Numbered from the whole stretch's first letter, positions 40,743 through 51,210 are shown. The stretch is 59,775 bases of DNA, filler included, from 6 parts of 6 records of this genome joined end to end with filler, not necessarily neighbours in it, one strand, 5' to 3'. Translations and numbers: made by a program. Notes: generated from the sequence alone by a model not told the origin.

Positions 40743-43220
40743 ATGCCCAGAAAGACTTCTTACGAGGAAGTACCCCTTGATAAACTCCGCTGGAGACTTG
40801 ATCCGGCCACCCTGCCCTTTGAAAGCACCGATGACCTGGAACCGCTGGATGAGATTGTGGGACAGAAAAGGGCGGTGGAAGCTTTTAAATTCGGAATGGG
40901 CATCGACAGCCAGGGTTACAATGTTTTTGTCACCGGGATGCCCGGTACCGGACGGATGTCCACGGTCAGGAGGATGCTGGAAGAGATATCCGAAAAAGAT
41001 CAGGTTCCTGATGATCTTTGTTATATCAACAATTTCAAGAATCCGGAAGCGCCCATATTGATTCGCCTTACGGGCGGAAACGGCGCGGCTTTCAAAAAGG
41101 ATGTTCATGACTTTGTGGAATTGCTCAAAAAACAAATCCCCATGCTGTTTGAAAGCCAGGAATACATTAACACCAAGAAAGAGATCATGTTGGCCTATGA
41201 GGCCAAGGGGAAAGGGTTTCTCAAAAGCCTGGATGAGAGGGTCAAGGAAGAAGGGTTTGCCATGGTGGATGTTCAGGTGGGGCAAATCAAGAGGCCCGAA
41301 GTGATGCCCCTGGTGGATGAAAAGCCCACCCACATTGATCAGGTTGAGGCCATGACGGAAAAGGGGAGGTTCCCGAGGGACGAATTTGAGACCATGAAGG
41401 AAAAATACGGCGAACTTCGGGAACGGGTTGAACAGATATTTATCGAGCTCAGGGACCTGCAAAAGGAAGTACAGGAAAAAATCGAGGAAATGGACCGGCA
41501 GGCTTTCATGGACAATGCCTATGCCATGGCAAAACCGCTTATGGGAAAGTATGAAAGCCAAAAAATCAAGAATTATCTGAAAAGCATGCTGAAAGATATG
41601 GCTGACAATCTTAAAATTTTCAACCCGCAACAGCAGCTCCAGATTCCGGGTATGGCCACCCCGCTGGCTTCGGAAGGGGACCTTTTCCAGCCTTACCAGG
41701 TCAATCTGCTGGTTGACAACAGCGACCAGAATGCGCCGCCGGTCATTGTCGAGAGCTATCCCACCTACCGCAATATTTTCGGGGGCATCGAGCGGATTGT
41801 GGATCGGGCCGGCGTCTGGCGAACGGATTTCAGCAAGGTGAAAGCGGGCTCCCTTTTAAAGGCCCTGGGCGGCTATTTGGTCATCAATCTTCTGGACGCC
41901 ATCCAGGAACCGGGTGTATGGCAGGCCCTCAAACGGGCACTCAAAAGCGAACAGCTTGAAATTCAAACCTATGATCCTTTTTACCTGTTTACCACCAGCG
42001 GCCTGAAGCCTGAACCCATTGCTCTGGATATCAAGGTGGTGGTCATTGGAGACGCCCATCTCTATCACCTGCTGCTCAATTATGACTCTGACATGAAGAA
42101 GGTGTTCAAGGTAAGGGCTGATTTTGACACCGCCATGGATAAAACGGAGGAGAGCATCCACCAGATTGCACGGTTTATCAAGATGAAAAGCATGGAGGAG
42201 AAGCTGAAGCCTTTTGACCGGACGGCGGTGGCGCTCCTCATGGAACAGGCCGTACGCATGACGGGCCGGCAGGAAAAAATCACAACCAGTTTTCCACAAT
42301 TGACAGACCTGGTGCGAGAAGCCGACTATGTGGCAAGCGAAGAAAACAGCACAATGGTTTCGGCAAACCATGTGGAAAAGGTGATTGGATCGAGAAAATT
42401 CAGGTCCGGCATGGTGGAAGAACATCTTCAGGACATGATTGATCGCGGAACCCTCATGATCGATCTTGAAGGGGAAGTGGTGGGCCAGGTGAACGGTTTG
42501 GCGGTCTATTCCATGGGTGATTACATGTTTGGGAAACCCTCCCGCATTACCTGTTCCACCGCCATGGGTCGTGCCGGCATCATCAACATTGAACGGGAGG
42601 CGGACCTGTCGGGGAGTACCCATAACAAGGGGGTGCTCATACTGGGAGGTTATCTCAGGAAAAAATTTGCCCAGCAAAAACCGTTGACCATGAGCGCCAG
42701 CATCGCATTCGAGCAATCCTATGGCGGCGTGGACGGCGACAGCGCCTCTTCCACGGAAATCTATGCGCTCTTGAGCAGCCTTTCCCAAATTCCCATTAAA
42801 CAGTACATCGGTGTGACCGGTTCGGTGAACCAGAACGGCCAGGTACAGGCCATTGGGGGGGTTAATGAAAAAATCGAAGGTTTTTTTGACTGTTGCCGGA
42901 AAAAGGGCGCCATTAATTCCCAGGGTGTCATGATACCAGAGAGCAATGTGAAAGATCTGATGCTCAGGCAGGATGTGGTTGAGGCGGTCCGTAAGGGTCG
43001 ATTCCATATCTATCCGGTGGCATCCATCGATCAGGGTATTGAGATCCTGACCGGGAAAAAGGCCGGAAAAAGAAAATCGGACGGATCCTATCCCAAAGGT
43101 TCCATCAACAAGCTGGTGGACGATAAGCTGGCGGAATTGGCGGAAGGCCTTAAGAATTTTGCCGGAGATAAAGGGGAAGAGAAGAAGGAAAAAAGCAAAA
43201 GCTGCCAGCAGTGTTCATGA
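40743..43220 (+). CDS. Lon-family (LonC-like, S16) protease
   Basis: VGQKRA, GMPGTGR, GQVNGL, NIERE, DGDSAS (Ser), GGVNEKIEGFF (Lys). Confidence 0.9.
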   Translation: MPRKTSYEEVPLDKLRWRLDPATLPFESTDDLEPLDEIVGQKRAVEAFKFGMGIDSQGYNVFVTGMPGTGRMSTVRRMLEEISEKDQVPDDLCYINNFKNPEAPILIRLTGGNGAAFKKDVHDFVELLKKQIPMLFESQEYINTKKEIMLAYEAKGKGFLKSLDERVKEEGFAMVDVQVGQIKRPEVMPLVDEKPTHIDQVEAMTEKGRFPRDEFETMKEKYGELRERVEQIFIELRDLQKEVQEKIEEMDRQAFMDNAYAMAKPLMGKYESQKIKNYLKSMLKDMADNLKIFNPQQQLQIPGMATPLASEGDLFQPYQVNLLVDNSDQNAPPVIVESYPTYRNIFGGIERIVDRAGVWRTDFSKVKAGSLLKALGGYLVINLLDAIQEPGVWQALKRALKSEQLEIQTYDPFYLFTTSGLKPEPIALDIKVVVIGDAHLYHLLLNYDSDMKKVFKVRADFDTAMDKTEESIHQIARFIKMKSMEEKLKPFDRTAVALLMEQAVRMTGRQEKITTSFPQLTDLVREADYVASEENSTMVSANHVEKVIGSRKFRSGMVEEHLQDMIDRGTLMIDLEGEVVGQVNGLAVYSMGDYMFGKPSRITCSTAMGRAGIINIEREADLSGSTHNKGVLILGGYLRKKFAQQKPLTMSASIAFEQSYGGVDGDSASSTEIYALLSSLSQIPIKQYIGVTGSVNQNGQVQAIGGVNEKIEGFFDCCRKKGAINSQGVMIPESNVKDLMLRQDVVEAVRKGRFHIYPVASIDQGIEILTGKKAGKRKSDGSYPKGSINKLVDDKLAELAEGLKNFAGDKGEEKKEKSKSCQQCS

Positions 43221-43235
43221 GACTAACGTGTCGAA

Positions 43236-43967
43236 ATGAAAAAAGAAGATTGGCAGAAGCGGGGCAGAGGTCATCGGGAACGGTTGCGGCAGCGGTTTGT
43301 AACGGGAGGCCTTGAGCAGTTTACGGATGAAGAGGTGGTAGAGTTCCTTTTGACCCTGGGAACCCCCAGGGGGGATTTGAAAAATGCGGCCAGGGACGCC
43401 ATGAAAGCGTTCGGCACCCTTTCCGGCGTCCTGTCAGCGCCCATGGAAAAGCTCATGGGGATCAAAGGCATCGGTCGGAAAAACGCCCTTTATCTCGGTT
43501 TGGTTCATCAGACAGCCAAACGGTATCTCCGGGATCGAATTGCCGGGAAAACCTTTTTGGGTTCCTCTCAAGCTGTGTTTGATTATCTTTTCCATTCCAT
43601 GCGGGACCTGAAAAGAGAGGTTTTCAGAGTCTTTTTTCTGACCCGGAAAAATGAAGTGATTACGGATTGCGATATGTTTGAGGGGAGCCTGACCGGGAGT
43701 GCGGTTTATCCCCGGGAGATCGTTACCCTTGCCCTGGAACATAAGGCCGCAGGGCTTGTATTTGTCCACAATCATCCTTCAGGGGACCCCGCTCCGTCTC
43801 CCGAGGATCAACATCTGACAAGAGACCTGGTCTGGGCCGCCATGTTAATGGGCATTCAGGTTCTGGATCACTTGATCATTGGGAACAACCGGTATTTCAG
43901 CTTTGCGGACCAGAGCATCATCAAGCGTTTTACAGATGAGTACCACCATCGGTTCGACACACCCTAA
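43236..43967 (+). CDS. radC: RadC family protein (HhH plus JAB domain)
   Basis: GHRERLR, GIG HhH, VYPRE, HNHPSG, LDHLIIG. Confidence 0.93.
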   Translation: MKKEDWQKRGRGHRERLRQRFVTGGLEQFTDEEVVEFLLTLGTPRGDLKNAARDAMKAFGTLSGVLSAPMEKLMGIKGIGRKNALYLGLVHQTAKRYLRDRIAGKTFLGSSQAVFDYLFHSMRDLKREVFRVFFLTRKNEVITDCDMFEGSLTGSAVYPREIVTLALEHKAAGLVFVHNHPSGDPAPSPEDQHLTRDLVWAAMLMGIQVLDHLIIGNNRYFSFADQSIIKRFTDEYHHRFDTP

Positions 43968-44020
43968 ATCCTTGACAATTCCATGTATTTGTGAATTATA
44001 GCAGCAGATGATCGGAAAAT

Positions 44021-44105
44021 GCGAGAGTGGCGGAACTGGTAGACGCGCTGGATTTAGGATCCAGTGGGGCAACCTGTAGGGGTTCGAGTCCCCTCTCTCG
44101 CACCA
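44021..44105 (+). tRNA. tRNA-Leu(TAG)
   Basis: GCGAGAG/CTCTCGC acceptor stem plus ACCA, anticodon arm CTGGA-TTTAGGA-TCCAG, long variable arm, GGTTCGAGTCC; TTGACA upstream at 43972. Confidence 0.97.
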
Positions 44106-44291
44106 TCATTATAAAGACCCGAAAATGGCGAGAAAATAGACGGAACTTGGAATGCGCCTTGAAATCAAGAAAATCATTATTAGATTTTCACCTCACGGTC
44201 ATGGGTCTTCCAGGTTGAATGTGGATACGGATAAACCGGGTGCTCATAATTTGCAGTGAAATAAAAAATGTGAAAGAGGATGAGGAGAACC

Positions 44292-44566
44292 ATGAAAGCC
44301 AGCTTGGAAGACATCAGCCAGGTCAAAAAGAAGTTATCTGTGGAGATTGATGCAAAGGAAGTCAACAAGAAACTCAACAGCGCCTACGGGAAGATACGGA
44401 AAACAACCAAAGTTCCCGGGTTCAGGCCTGGAAAGGTTCCCAGAAAAATCCTGGAGTCCTACTTTGGGTCCCAGGTGGAGGCTGATGTGGCCAGCGAACT
44501 GGTCAATGAGTCTTTTCCGCCGGCAGTGGAGGAAACCAACGCGTTCCCCCTGGGCCAGCCCCAATT
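44292..44566 (+). CDS. tig: Trigger factor N-terminal fragment
   Basis: VPGFRPGKVP signature; GAGGAG RBS; tRNA-Leu-tig synteny. Confidence 0.95.
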
Positions 44567-44666
44567 NNNNNNNNNNNNNNNNNNNNNNNNNNNNNNNNNN
44601 NNNNNNNNNNTTAATTAATTAANNNNNNNNNNNNNNNNNNNNNNNNNNNNNNNNNNNNNNNNNNNN
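44567..44666. other. Artificial contig linker
   Basis: N-run with TTAATTAATTAA. Confidence 0.97.
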
Positions 44667-45430
44667 GCCCACACCTTTACATGCACATCCGTGAAGCTTG
44701 CGCCGAATGCGGGCCCTTGTGTTGAATACAACAGGCCGTAGGTTTTCAATTGATAGCCCCAGGCCAAAAGCAGCACCATGAGGCCCGCCAGAAAAGCCAG
44801 GTGCCGACCCACTCCGGGCGCAACCGTTATTTTGGGAAGTGTTGGCGGTTGCCCTTCCACCTGGGTAATCTCGCCTGTAATCTGGAGCGCCCCGTTTTTC
44901 AAATACCAGATAACGGTCAAACCGGCGGCAAACAGAAACAGCACCATCAATCCGTTCCTAATAAACGCGTAGAATGGAAGGACAAAGATATAAAAACCGA
45001 TATCCCGCCCAAAGATGGGATCAATGCCGCCAAAGGGCTCCTGGTAGAGATAGCGTAGGACCAGATCCCATTCTTTAGATCCTTTGGAAGCCAGCACAAA
45101 ACTGGCGATGAGGATCAGGGCCAGGAAGAGCAGGTTCAGAGTTTTGACGGAAAGTCCGATCTGAGCCGCAATACCGGCATCCTCTTTAAAGGGGCTATCG
45201 GGACCGGGGGTGGGGCTCAAACGTCTGGCCACATGGAGATTTACGGCGATGATCACCACCAGGAAAAGCCAGACGGCCGCGCCGAACCCGAAACGGGTGA
45301 TGATCATGGTCCGAAAAACAGATGAAAAGCCTAAGTTTTCAAACCAAAGCCAATCCGGGTAGATGGAAATCAGTGAATAAGCCAAAAGAACGAACAGAAG
45401 CGCGCAACCGATCCAGATTTTTAATTTCAC
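44667..45430 (-). CDS. UPF0182 family membrane protein, 3' truncated
   Basis: DWLWFENLGF, PFGGIDPIFGRDIGFYIFVLP, GASFTDVH. Confidence 0.88.
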
Positions 45431-45673
45431 ATTAAAACCTCACATATCTCACTAAACTTCAAAGAAAACATCCGTTCCCCGGCTTTCAGAAACCGGCGCA
45501 AGAATGACTTGTACCCTTATTGCACCATACTGTCAAATGGTAACCATTGACCCTTATCGGTTTTTCCAAATGGGATCAGGTTACCGTTTCGTGAAAAATC
45601 GGTTGACAATCCAGCCCCAGAGGCTACATTACCAATTGTGAATATACCATATTAAAGAGGAGCAAAAAAGCCA

Positions 45674-46591
45674 ATGATAAAACAGCAACGGTTGCAATGG
45701 ATCATCACCATCATGGCGGTCGGGACCATCTTATGGACGTCAACCGCCTTGTCGGCGGGGGCCATTACCATGGGGGAGGCCTATCCCGATTTTTCCGAAG
45801 GGATCTTGGCATCCGCCAAATTGGAGAAAATGGACGAAAGTCTTCTTCTGAAAACCAATGGATTTGAAATCAGCGATTCCTTTGTCAAAGAGATATTTGG
45901 TCAAGTGGCGCCGGAAATTCGAAAAGAGCTGGAGAAAAGCATGCTGTTTCTCCTGGATCAGGAAGCCATAGAGAAACTCATCACACAGGACGCCAAATCC
46001 ATGGGCATCGCAACAGAGCCCCCAAATGAACAAATGTTCCAAACCTATATTGATCGCGTCACCAAGGGGGCGACGGTTTCGGAAAAAGCCGCCAAGACCT
46101 TCTATGACGAGAATAAGGATATGGTTGGCGGGATGCCCTTTGATCAGGTGAAGGAGGCCATCCAAGGGCTACTGCTCCAACAAAAAAAACAGGACACCCT
46201 GCAAGCCCACATTCAGGGCCTTGCCAAAAAAGCTCAAATGCGCATCAACGAAGAGTGGGTTAAAAAACAGATTAAACTGGCCAGGGATAATCCTCTGGAC
46301 CGAGCACGGCTTTCAGGCAAACCCACCATGGTCCAGTTCAGTTCATCCGGGTGTTCGCCATGCGAAATGATGAAACCCATTGTTAAAAAGCTCCGGAAAA
46401 AATACGCCGATACCATCAATGTCATCTCCATCCCCGTCAATGAAAACCAGATGCTGGCCAAAAGGTTTAATGTCCGGGCGGTGCCGGTGCAGGTGTTTTT
46501 TGACAAAAAAGGGAAGAAGATCCATCACCACATGGGCTTCATGGCCGAAGCGGATATTATCAACCAGTTTAAAAAAATGGGCGCCATTTAG
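45674..46591 (+). CDS. Exported protein: SurA-like helical region plus C-terminal thioredoxin domain
   Basis: Signal peptide; FYDENK..FDQVKEAI pattern; CSPC, VRAVP, HMGF; TTGACA-N16-TACATT upstream. Confidence 0.7.
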   Translation: MIKQQRLQWIITIMAVGTILWTSTALSAGAITMGEAYPDFSEGILASAKLEKMDESLLLKTNGFEISDSFVKEIFGQVAPEIRKELEKSMLFLLDQEAIEKLITQDAKSMGIATEPPNEQMFQTYIDRVTKGATVSEKAAKTFYDENKDMVGGMPFDQVKEAIQGLLLQQKKQDTLQAHIQGLAKKAQMRINEEWVKKQIKLARDNPLDRARLSGKPTMVQFSSSGCSPCEMMKPIVKKLRKKYADTINVISIPVNENQMLAKRFNVRAVPVQVFFDKKGKKIHHHMGFMAEADIINQFKKMGAI

Positions 46592-47670
46592 GGTGTGGAA
46601 TCTTGCAGCCGTTCAATGAGATCACCCTCCTTTTGACAAAATTTTTCAAGAAAGAGAATGGTCTTTCCGATTGAGCCGTTTTCTTTCTCCAAAACCGCCT
46701 CAAAGAGTTCAAAATGCCGATGATACAATGCCACGGTCATCAGGTAAGCATTGTTTGGCGGCATTTGTCCGAAATGGACAAATTGACCGGTTTTTAAATC
46801 TTTTTTCAATACTTCAAACTTGCGGATGTACGCCGCAAAAACCGTCTTTCTGAGACCCATCTTCTCTTCATAATCCACTTGTAGGGCGTAAACGTCTTCC
46901 ATCTCGCCCATAAAATCATTCAAGAACCGTGAAAACAGCCGCTCATCCGCCAGGGCATCCCGGGCCTCATCCGTAAAAGGATGCTCCGGCCCATAGGTCT
47001 CTTCAAAAAATTTCAATGCGCCCACCTTTCCCACCAGAACGGCCAGACCTTCATTAAAGGCACCCTGCCCGTTGACGTAGAGGGTCGCATGGGTCATCTC
47101 ATGAAAGAGGATATTCGCCAGTTGAGGGATAGTCCCATCAATGAGATTCATGGTGACGGGGTCCCGGAACCAACCCAGAGTGCTGTAAGCCCCGGCTCTG
47201 CCCACATAAACATCCAGATTTTCATGCTGGAGACGCGCGCGCTCCTCCCGGGCCTCTTCCAAATCAAAAAACCCCAGATAGAGCATGTCCCCCACGATGG
47301 GAAACCACCAGGTCTTCAGTGAGAAACGGTCCCTGGCCGAGGCGGAAACCATGAAAATCGGGTTTCGATTTGAATGGGGATAAACGGTTTCATAGTTTCC
47401 GGTTTTTCTTAACCCCAGTTCCTTTTCCCCGAATGCCTTAATTTGCGCTACCAGCAGGAGTTTATTTCGTTGATCAGCTGTAAAAGGTTCCGTATTTAAC
47501 GCCTCTTCTATGGGCACGGCGCCATTCAACAGTTGGATCTGTCCCTTGGCCACGTGAAACAGGTAGGAAAGTCGGCATCCTGTACCGGATAGTATCAAAC
47601 ACAACAGTAAAAAGGGGCCCATCAGTTGGATTACGGATGGTATTCGAGGCATTTGGAAATATCTAAACAT
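46588..47670 (-). CDS. Predicted Zn-dependent aminopeptidase (lipoprotein-like)
   Basis: WWFPIVG, AYSTLGWFRDP, HEMTH..FNEGLA; start approximate. Confidence 0.85.
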   Translation of the reverse strand: MFRYFQMPRIPSVIQLMGPFLLLCLILSGTGCRLSYLFHVAKGQIQLLNGAVPIEEALNTEPFTADQRNKLLLVAQIKAFGEKELGLRKTGNYETVYPHSNRNPIFMVSASARDRFSLKTWWFPIVGDMLYLGFFDLEEAREERARLQHENLDVYVGRAGAYSTLGWFRDPVTMNLIDGTIPQLANILFHEMTHATLYVNGQGAFNEGLAVLVGKVGALKFFEETYGPEHPFTDEARDALADERLFSRFLNDFMGEMEDVYALQVDYEEKMGLRKTVFAAYIRKFEVLKKDLKTGQFVHFGQMPPNNAYLMTVALYHRHFELFEAVLEKENGSIGKTILFLEKFCQKEGDLIERLQDSTP

Positions 47671-47674
47671 CCCC

Positions 47675-48550
47675 TTAGAGCAGTCCCTTTTCCCGTAAAA
47701 ACGTGAAGATGGCTTTAACCGTGTCGTCGGGGCGTTCCATGGGCACAAAATGGCTGGTCCCGGCAAAACGCCTGATAACCGCATGGGGCACTTTTGCCTG
47801 AAACCGTTTCACTGCGGGGGCCAAAAACGTATCCGACGCCGCGCCATAAAGAACCAATGTGGGCTGGCGGATCCGCGGGATATATCGCCAGATATCGTGG
47901 GGACAGACTGCAAAACAACGTGACTCCCATTCCGGCGTACAGCACAGCCGGATGCCCTTGCCGTCCCACGGTGCGGTTCCTCCCTCAATGTAGCCTTCAA
48001 GGAAACCCTTCTCCCATAATCTGAACGGATATTTAGTCCTGTAGGTGTTCAAAATGGTCTCCGTGTCAGGCCATAATGGATTCCTCCCGGCTGCCCTGGC
48101 CACAATGGGAACACGGTTGGAAAAACCGGTTATTTTGGCTAAAAACCACCACCACATCCATGATAAGGGGAGGATGGTCGGATCCATAAGAATAAGGGCT
48201 CTGATCATGTCAGGCCGTTTAGCCGCCAGGAGCAGGTGAGCTACAGCCCCCCGGGAATGACCCATGGCAATCACCGGTTCGCCGAGATGACTGAAGAACT
48301 GTTCCAGGTCTTCCGCAAAGGGATTCCAGTCTTTCAGGTTTCGGGGATCCGCCTCGGCGGTCGTCCTCCCGTGCCCCCTGTCGTCCATTCCGAGCACCCT
48401 GAGTTGGGGGCACAATTTCTCTGCCATGGGGGTATAGGTTCCCGCACAGAATCCGGTGGCATGCGCCATGTGCGCCAGGGGTCCGGAACCTCCCCAATCA
48501 ATATAATTAAAATCGCCGTCCGACCCTTTAAAAGTATGGTAGCCTTGCAT
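47675..48550 (-). CDS. Alpha/beta hydrolase
   Basis: HATGF, DDRGHG, GHSRG nucleophile elbow, SHFVPME. Confidence 0.9.
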   Translation of the reverse strand: MQGYHTFKGSDGDFNYIDWGGSGPLAHMAHATGFCAGTYTPMAEKLCPQLRVLGMDDRGHGRTTAEADPRNLKDWNPFAEDLEQFFSHLGEPVIAMGHSRGAVAHLLLAAKRPDMIRALILMDPTILPLSWMWWWFLAKITGFSNRVPIVARAAGRNPLWPDTETILNTYRTKYPFRLWEKGFLEGYIEGGTAPWDGKGIRLCCTPEWESRCFAVCPHDIWRYIPRIRQPTLVLYGAASDTFLAPAVKRFQAKVPHAVIRRFAGTSHFVPMERPDDTVKAIFTFLREKGLL

Positions 48551-48762
48551 GAGGTTTCCCGTGATCCGTCATATTAAGAACGCAGATGGGCAAATATCCT
48601 TGACTAATGTCTTCGATACAGACATATTTTGATCTCGCTCTTGTACTTCGTAGGAACTTATGTCCATGGTAAAAGCCTATACCAACCCGACGAAGCCCAG
48701 GCCGGAGACCAAAACCATTTGCCTGAAAACCATAACATATCCGTTAGGGGGTGTATATTATC

Positions 48763-49317
48763 ATGAAAAGAAATCGAGCTACATCCCGGATCATCTGGTG
48801 CACCGTGCTCGTTCTTCTTTTGGCTGCCGATCCGGCAAAATCCGAAATCAAACCCATCAATCCATCTAAAATAGAAGATATCAAGGCATTGATCCATTTG
48901 ATCAGGTTGGAGAAGATTGTCATGCTGGCGGCTGAAAACACCCTTGAACGCTTTTTCCCAATTCTCAAAAAAGCGACGGCACAGAACAACCGGGCCGTTT
49001 CGGAAACGGTCTTTGCCATCCTGAAAAGCAGCACCCTGTCCATGGTGAAACGGCAAATTTCGGCTAAGAACGGCCTTATTGACAGGGTCATCCCACTTTA
49101 CAACAAGCACTATACCCACAGCGAAATCCGGTCCCTGATCCAATTTTATGAAAGCCCCTTAGGTAAAAAAGTAACCGCACTCAGGCCTCAAATTACACAA
49201 GAGGGCATGGTGGTGGCTGAGGAATGGATCAACTTTCTCAAACCGCTGCTGGTTCAGGCCTTGGCAAAGAGCCTTGAAAAAGAAGGATATGCCATCATTA
49301 AAAAGCCACCCAATTGA
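48763..49317 (+). CDS. DUF2059-like exported protein
   Basis: Signal peptide; LYNKHYTHSEIRSLIQFYESPLGKK signature. Confidence 0.8.
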   Translation: MKRNRATSRIIWCTVLVLLLAADPAKSEIKPINPSKIEDIKALIHLIRLEKIVMLAAENTLERFFPILKKATAQNNRAVSETVFAILKSSTLSMVKRQISAKNGLIDRVIPLYNKHYTHSEIRSLIQFYESPLGKKVTALRPQITQEGMVVAEEWINFLKPLLVQALAKSLEKEGYAIIKKPPN

Positions 49318-49559
49318 AATAATTCCAGTTTCAGCAACCGAAATAACATTTAAAACCTCGACGTTTGCAAAACCTTGTTTGACAAAAAGCAAAAGAATTA
49401 GTATTTCAGAGTCCGCAGAGGCCGAATGTTTGTTTCGGGGCTATTTCAAAATTCATAAGCGCTTTTTTGAATTCGGAAAGAAGGGAGGTGAATCTCTTTA
49501 GAGGTCAATCGGGAAGGGGTATCAAATCAAACAAATCATAAATTGCGGAGGTTCGTCCT

Positions 49560-50612
49560 ATGAAAAAAAATTGGGTAAAAGCATTGTTGGTAGTTGCTGC
49601 ACTGTTGTTTCTTGCCACTCCTTGCATGGCCAAAGATAAAGTCATCAAATGGAAAGTCCAGGGGTTTGTGCCGGCCGGCATGTTATACCATGACACCCTG
49701 CTTCGCACGGCCGCGGCCGTGAAAAAGGCCACCAAGGGCCGTCTGGTCTGGGAAGTACATCCGGCCGGCTCCCTGGTTCCGCCCTTCGAGGGCGTCAAAG
49801 CCGTCAGTGACGGGGTATACCAGGCCAATTACGGATACGCGGCCCAGTGGGTGGGCAAGATTCCGGTGGCGCCCCTTTTCTGCTCCATCCCCGGCGGTTT
49901 CAATTCCCTGGATATGGCCATGTGGCTCAATGAGGGCGGCGGCAAAGAGCTGTACCAGGAAATGTATGACAAATACGGATTCAACGTGAAAGTCTTTCCC
50001 GTGGAACCCATCACCATGGAAAACTTCATGTGGTCCAAAAAACCTTTGCGCACCGTTGAGGACTTTAAAGGGATCAAAATGCGCATGATGCCGTTGATGG
50101 GCGACGTCCTGGCCAAACACGGCATGAGTGTTATCTTTGTTCCGGGCGGAGAAATCATGCCCAACCTGCAAAGAGGGGTTCTGGATGCGGCTGAATACAG
50201 CATTCCCGCCTTTGACAAAACCTTGGGCATTTGGGAAGTCTGTAAATATGTGATGCTCCCCGGCATACACCAGCCTTGTTCCCAGATTGAAATCGTGGTG
50301 AACAAAAAAGCCTATGCGGCCCTCCCCGACGACATCAAGGAAATTCTGGCCGTGACCTTGGGCAAAATGAGGCTGGATAACTGGCTCTGGACGGAAAAGA
50401 AAAACATCGAGGCGGTAAAATTCCTGAAGGACAAGGGCGTGACCACCGTGATGATGGATCCCGAAACCGTCAAAACCTTTACCCAGTGGGCACACGAATA
50501 TCTGGATGAACTGGCCGCCAAAGATCCTTTCTTTAAAAAAGTCTGGGAATCCCAGAAAAAATTCGGCACCCAGTGGTATCCGTACCACGCAACCTACAAT
50601 CTCCCCCACTAA
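49560..50612 (+). CDS. dctP: TRAP transporter substrate-binding protein DctP (TakP-like)
   Basis: Signal peptide, TKGRL, PAGSLVP, DFKGIKMR, PGGEI..LQRGVLDAAEY, PGIHQP. Confidence 0.88.
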   Translation: MKKNWVKALLVVAALLFLATPCMAKDKVIKWKVQGFVPAGMLYHDTLLRTAAAVKKATKGRLVWEVHPAGSLVPPFEGVKAVSDGVYQANYGYAAQWVGKIPVAPLFCSIPGGFNSLDMAMWLNEGGGKELYQEMYDKYGFNVKVFPVEPITMENFMWSKKPLRTVEDFKGIKMRMMPLMGDVLAKHGMSVIFVPGGEIMPNLQRGVLDAAEYSIPAFDKTLGIWEVCKYVMLPGIHQPCSQIEIVVNKKAYAALPDDIKEILAVTLGKMRLDNWLWTEKKNIEAVKFLKDKGVTTVMMDPETVKTFTQWAHEYLDELAAKDPFFKKVWESQKKFGTQWYPYHATYNLPH

Positions 50613-50660
50613 CCCGTATCAATTTGATGATGTGGGTTTAGAGCGGTGGGGGGGGGGGGG

Positions 50661-50760
50661 NNNNNNNNNNNNNNNNNNNNNNNNNNNNNNNNNNNNNNNN
50701 NNNNTTAATTAATTAANNNNNNNNNNNNNNNNNNNNNNNNNNNNNNNNNNNNNNNNNNNN
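50661..50760. other. Artificial contig linker
   Basis: N-run with TTAATTAATTAA. Confidence 0.97.
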
Positions 50761-51036
50761 AGTTAGAGCCTACGGAAAGTATTTACAAGAGTACGGAACT
50801 TAGGAAATGCTCTACGGATGCTAAAAAGTACCTAACGGAAGCTTAAAAAAGAGGTTTTGATGTTCCGTTGGAGCTAGCGGAAGACAAAAAGAGTACATTT
50901 TAGGCTCAAAAATCATTTTCCTAAGTTCCGTTGACTCTAACAAATGTTCCGTTGGCTCCAACAAATCTTCCGTTGGCTCTAATAAATGTTCCGTCATGAG
51001 TTTTTAATTTTCCCTTAGGACCTATTAAAACTTCGT
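50761..51036. repeat. 21-bp phased repeat array with two opposing halves
   Basis: ACGGA at 50772, 50793, 50814, 50835 (GCGGAA 50877); TTCCGT at 50863, 50926, 50947, 50968, 50989; unit about GTTCCGTTGGCTCTAACAAAT. Confidence 0.8.
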
Positions 51037-51122
51037 ACTTACCAATTAATAAATTGTATAGAAGTATAAATTATAGGTCGGATTGATGCTTTCGGGTGAG
51101 GGAAGGTAGAGGTACTTTTTAT

Positions 51123-51180
51123 AGAGCACGAGCGAAACGCTCGCGCTAGCTTTGGTTTGTATATACTGGGACTATCAGGA
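51123..51180 (+). repeat. REP-like palindrome, right-end copy 1
   Basis: AGAGCACGAGCGAAACGCTCGCGCTAGC-TTTGGTTTGTATATACTGGGACTATC; 4 mismatches over 57 nt versus the copy at 53916. Confidence 0.85.
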
Positions 51181-51210
51181 GAGGAGATGCAATTGTTTCT
51201 CACTAAATGT

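Noticed and set aside
40674-43007. Antisense ORFs of 318 and 383 aa opposite the Lon-like gene; likewise 49683-50609 opposite dctP
   Set aside because: Shadow ORFs fully overlapping conserved genes.
43236-44105. radC beside a tRNA as a sign of an integrated element
   Set aside because: Full-length chromosomal-type RadC upstream of the tRNA; no integrase or att duplication; tRNA-Leu-tig is normal synteny.
44027-44218. 63-aa ORF MAELVDALDLGSS
   Set aside because: It is the translation of the tRNA-Leu gene.
49400-49559. Long dctP leader as a possible riboswitch
   Set aside because: No known aptamer consensus or terminator recognisable by eye.
50648-50660. Poly-G run
   Set aside because: At the contig end; likely a sequencing artefact.
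7787-50760. Repeated TTAATTAATTAA motif and apparent mosaic of GC content suggesting genomic islands
   Set aside because: Five identical N-flanked linkers are concatenation artefacts; the composition shifts reflect different contigs, probably different organisms.
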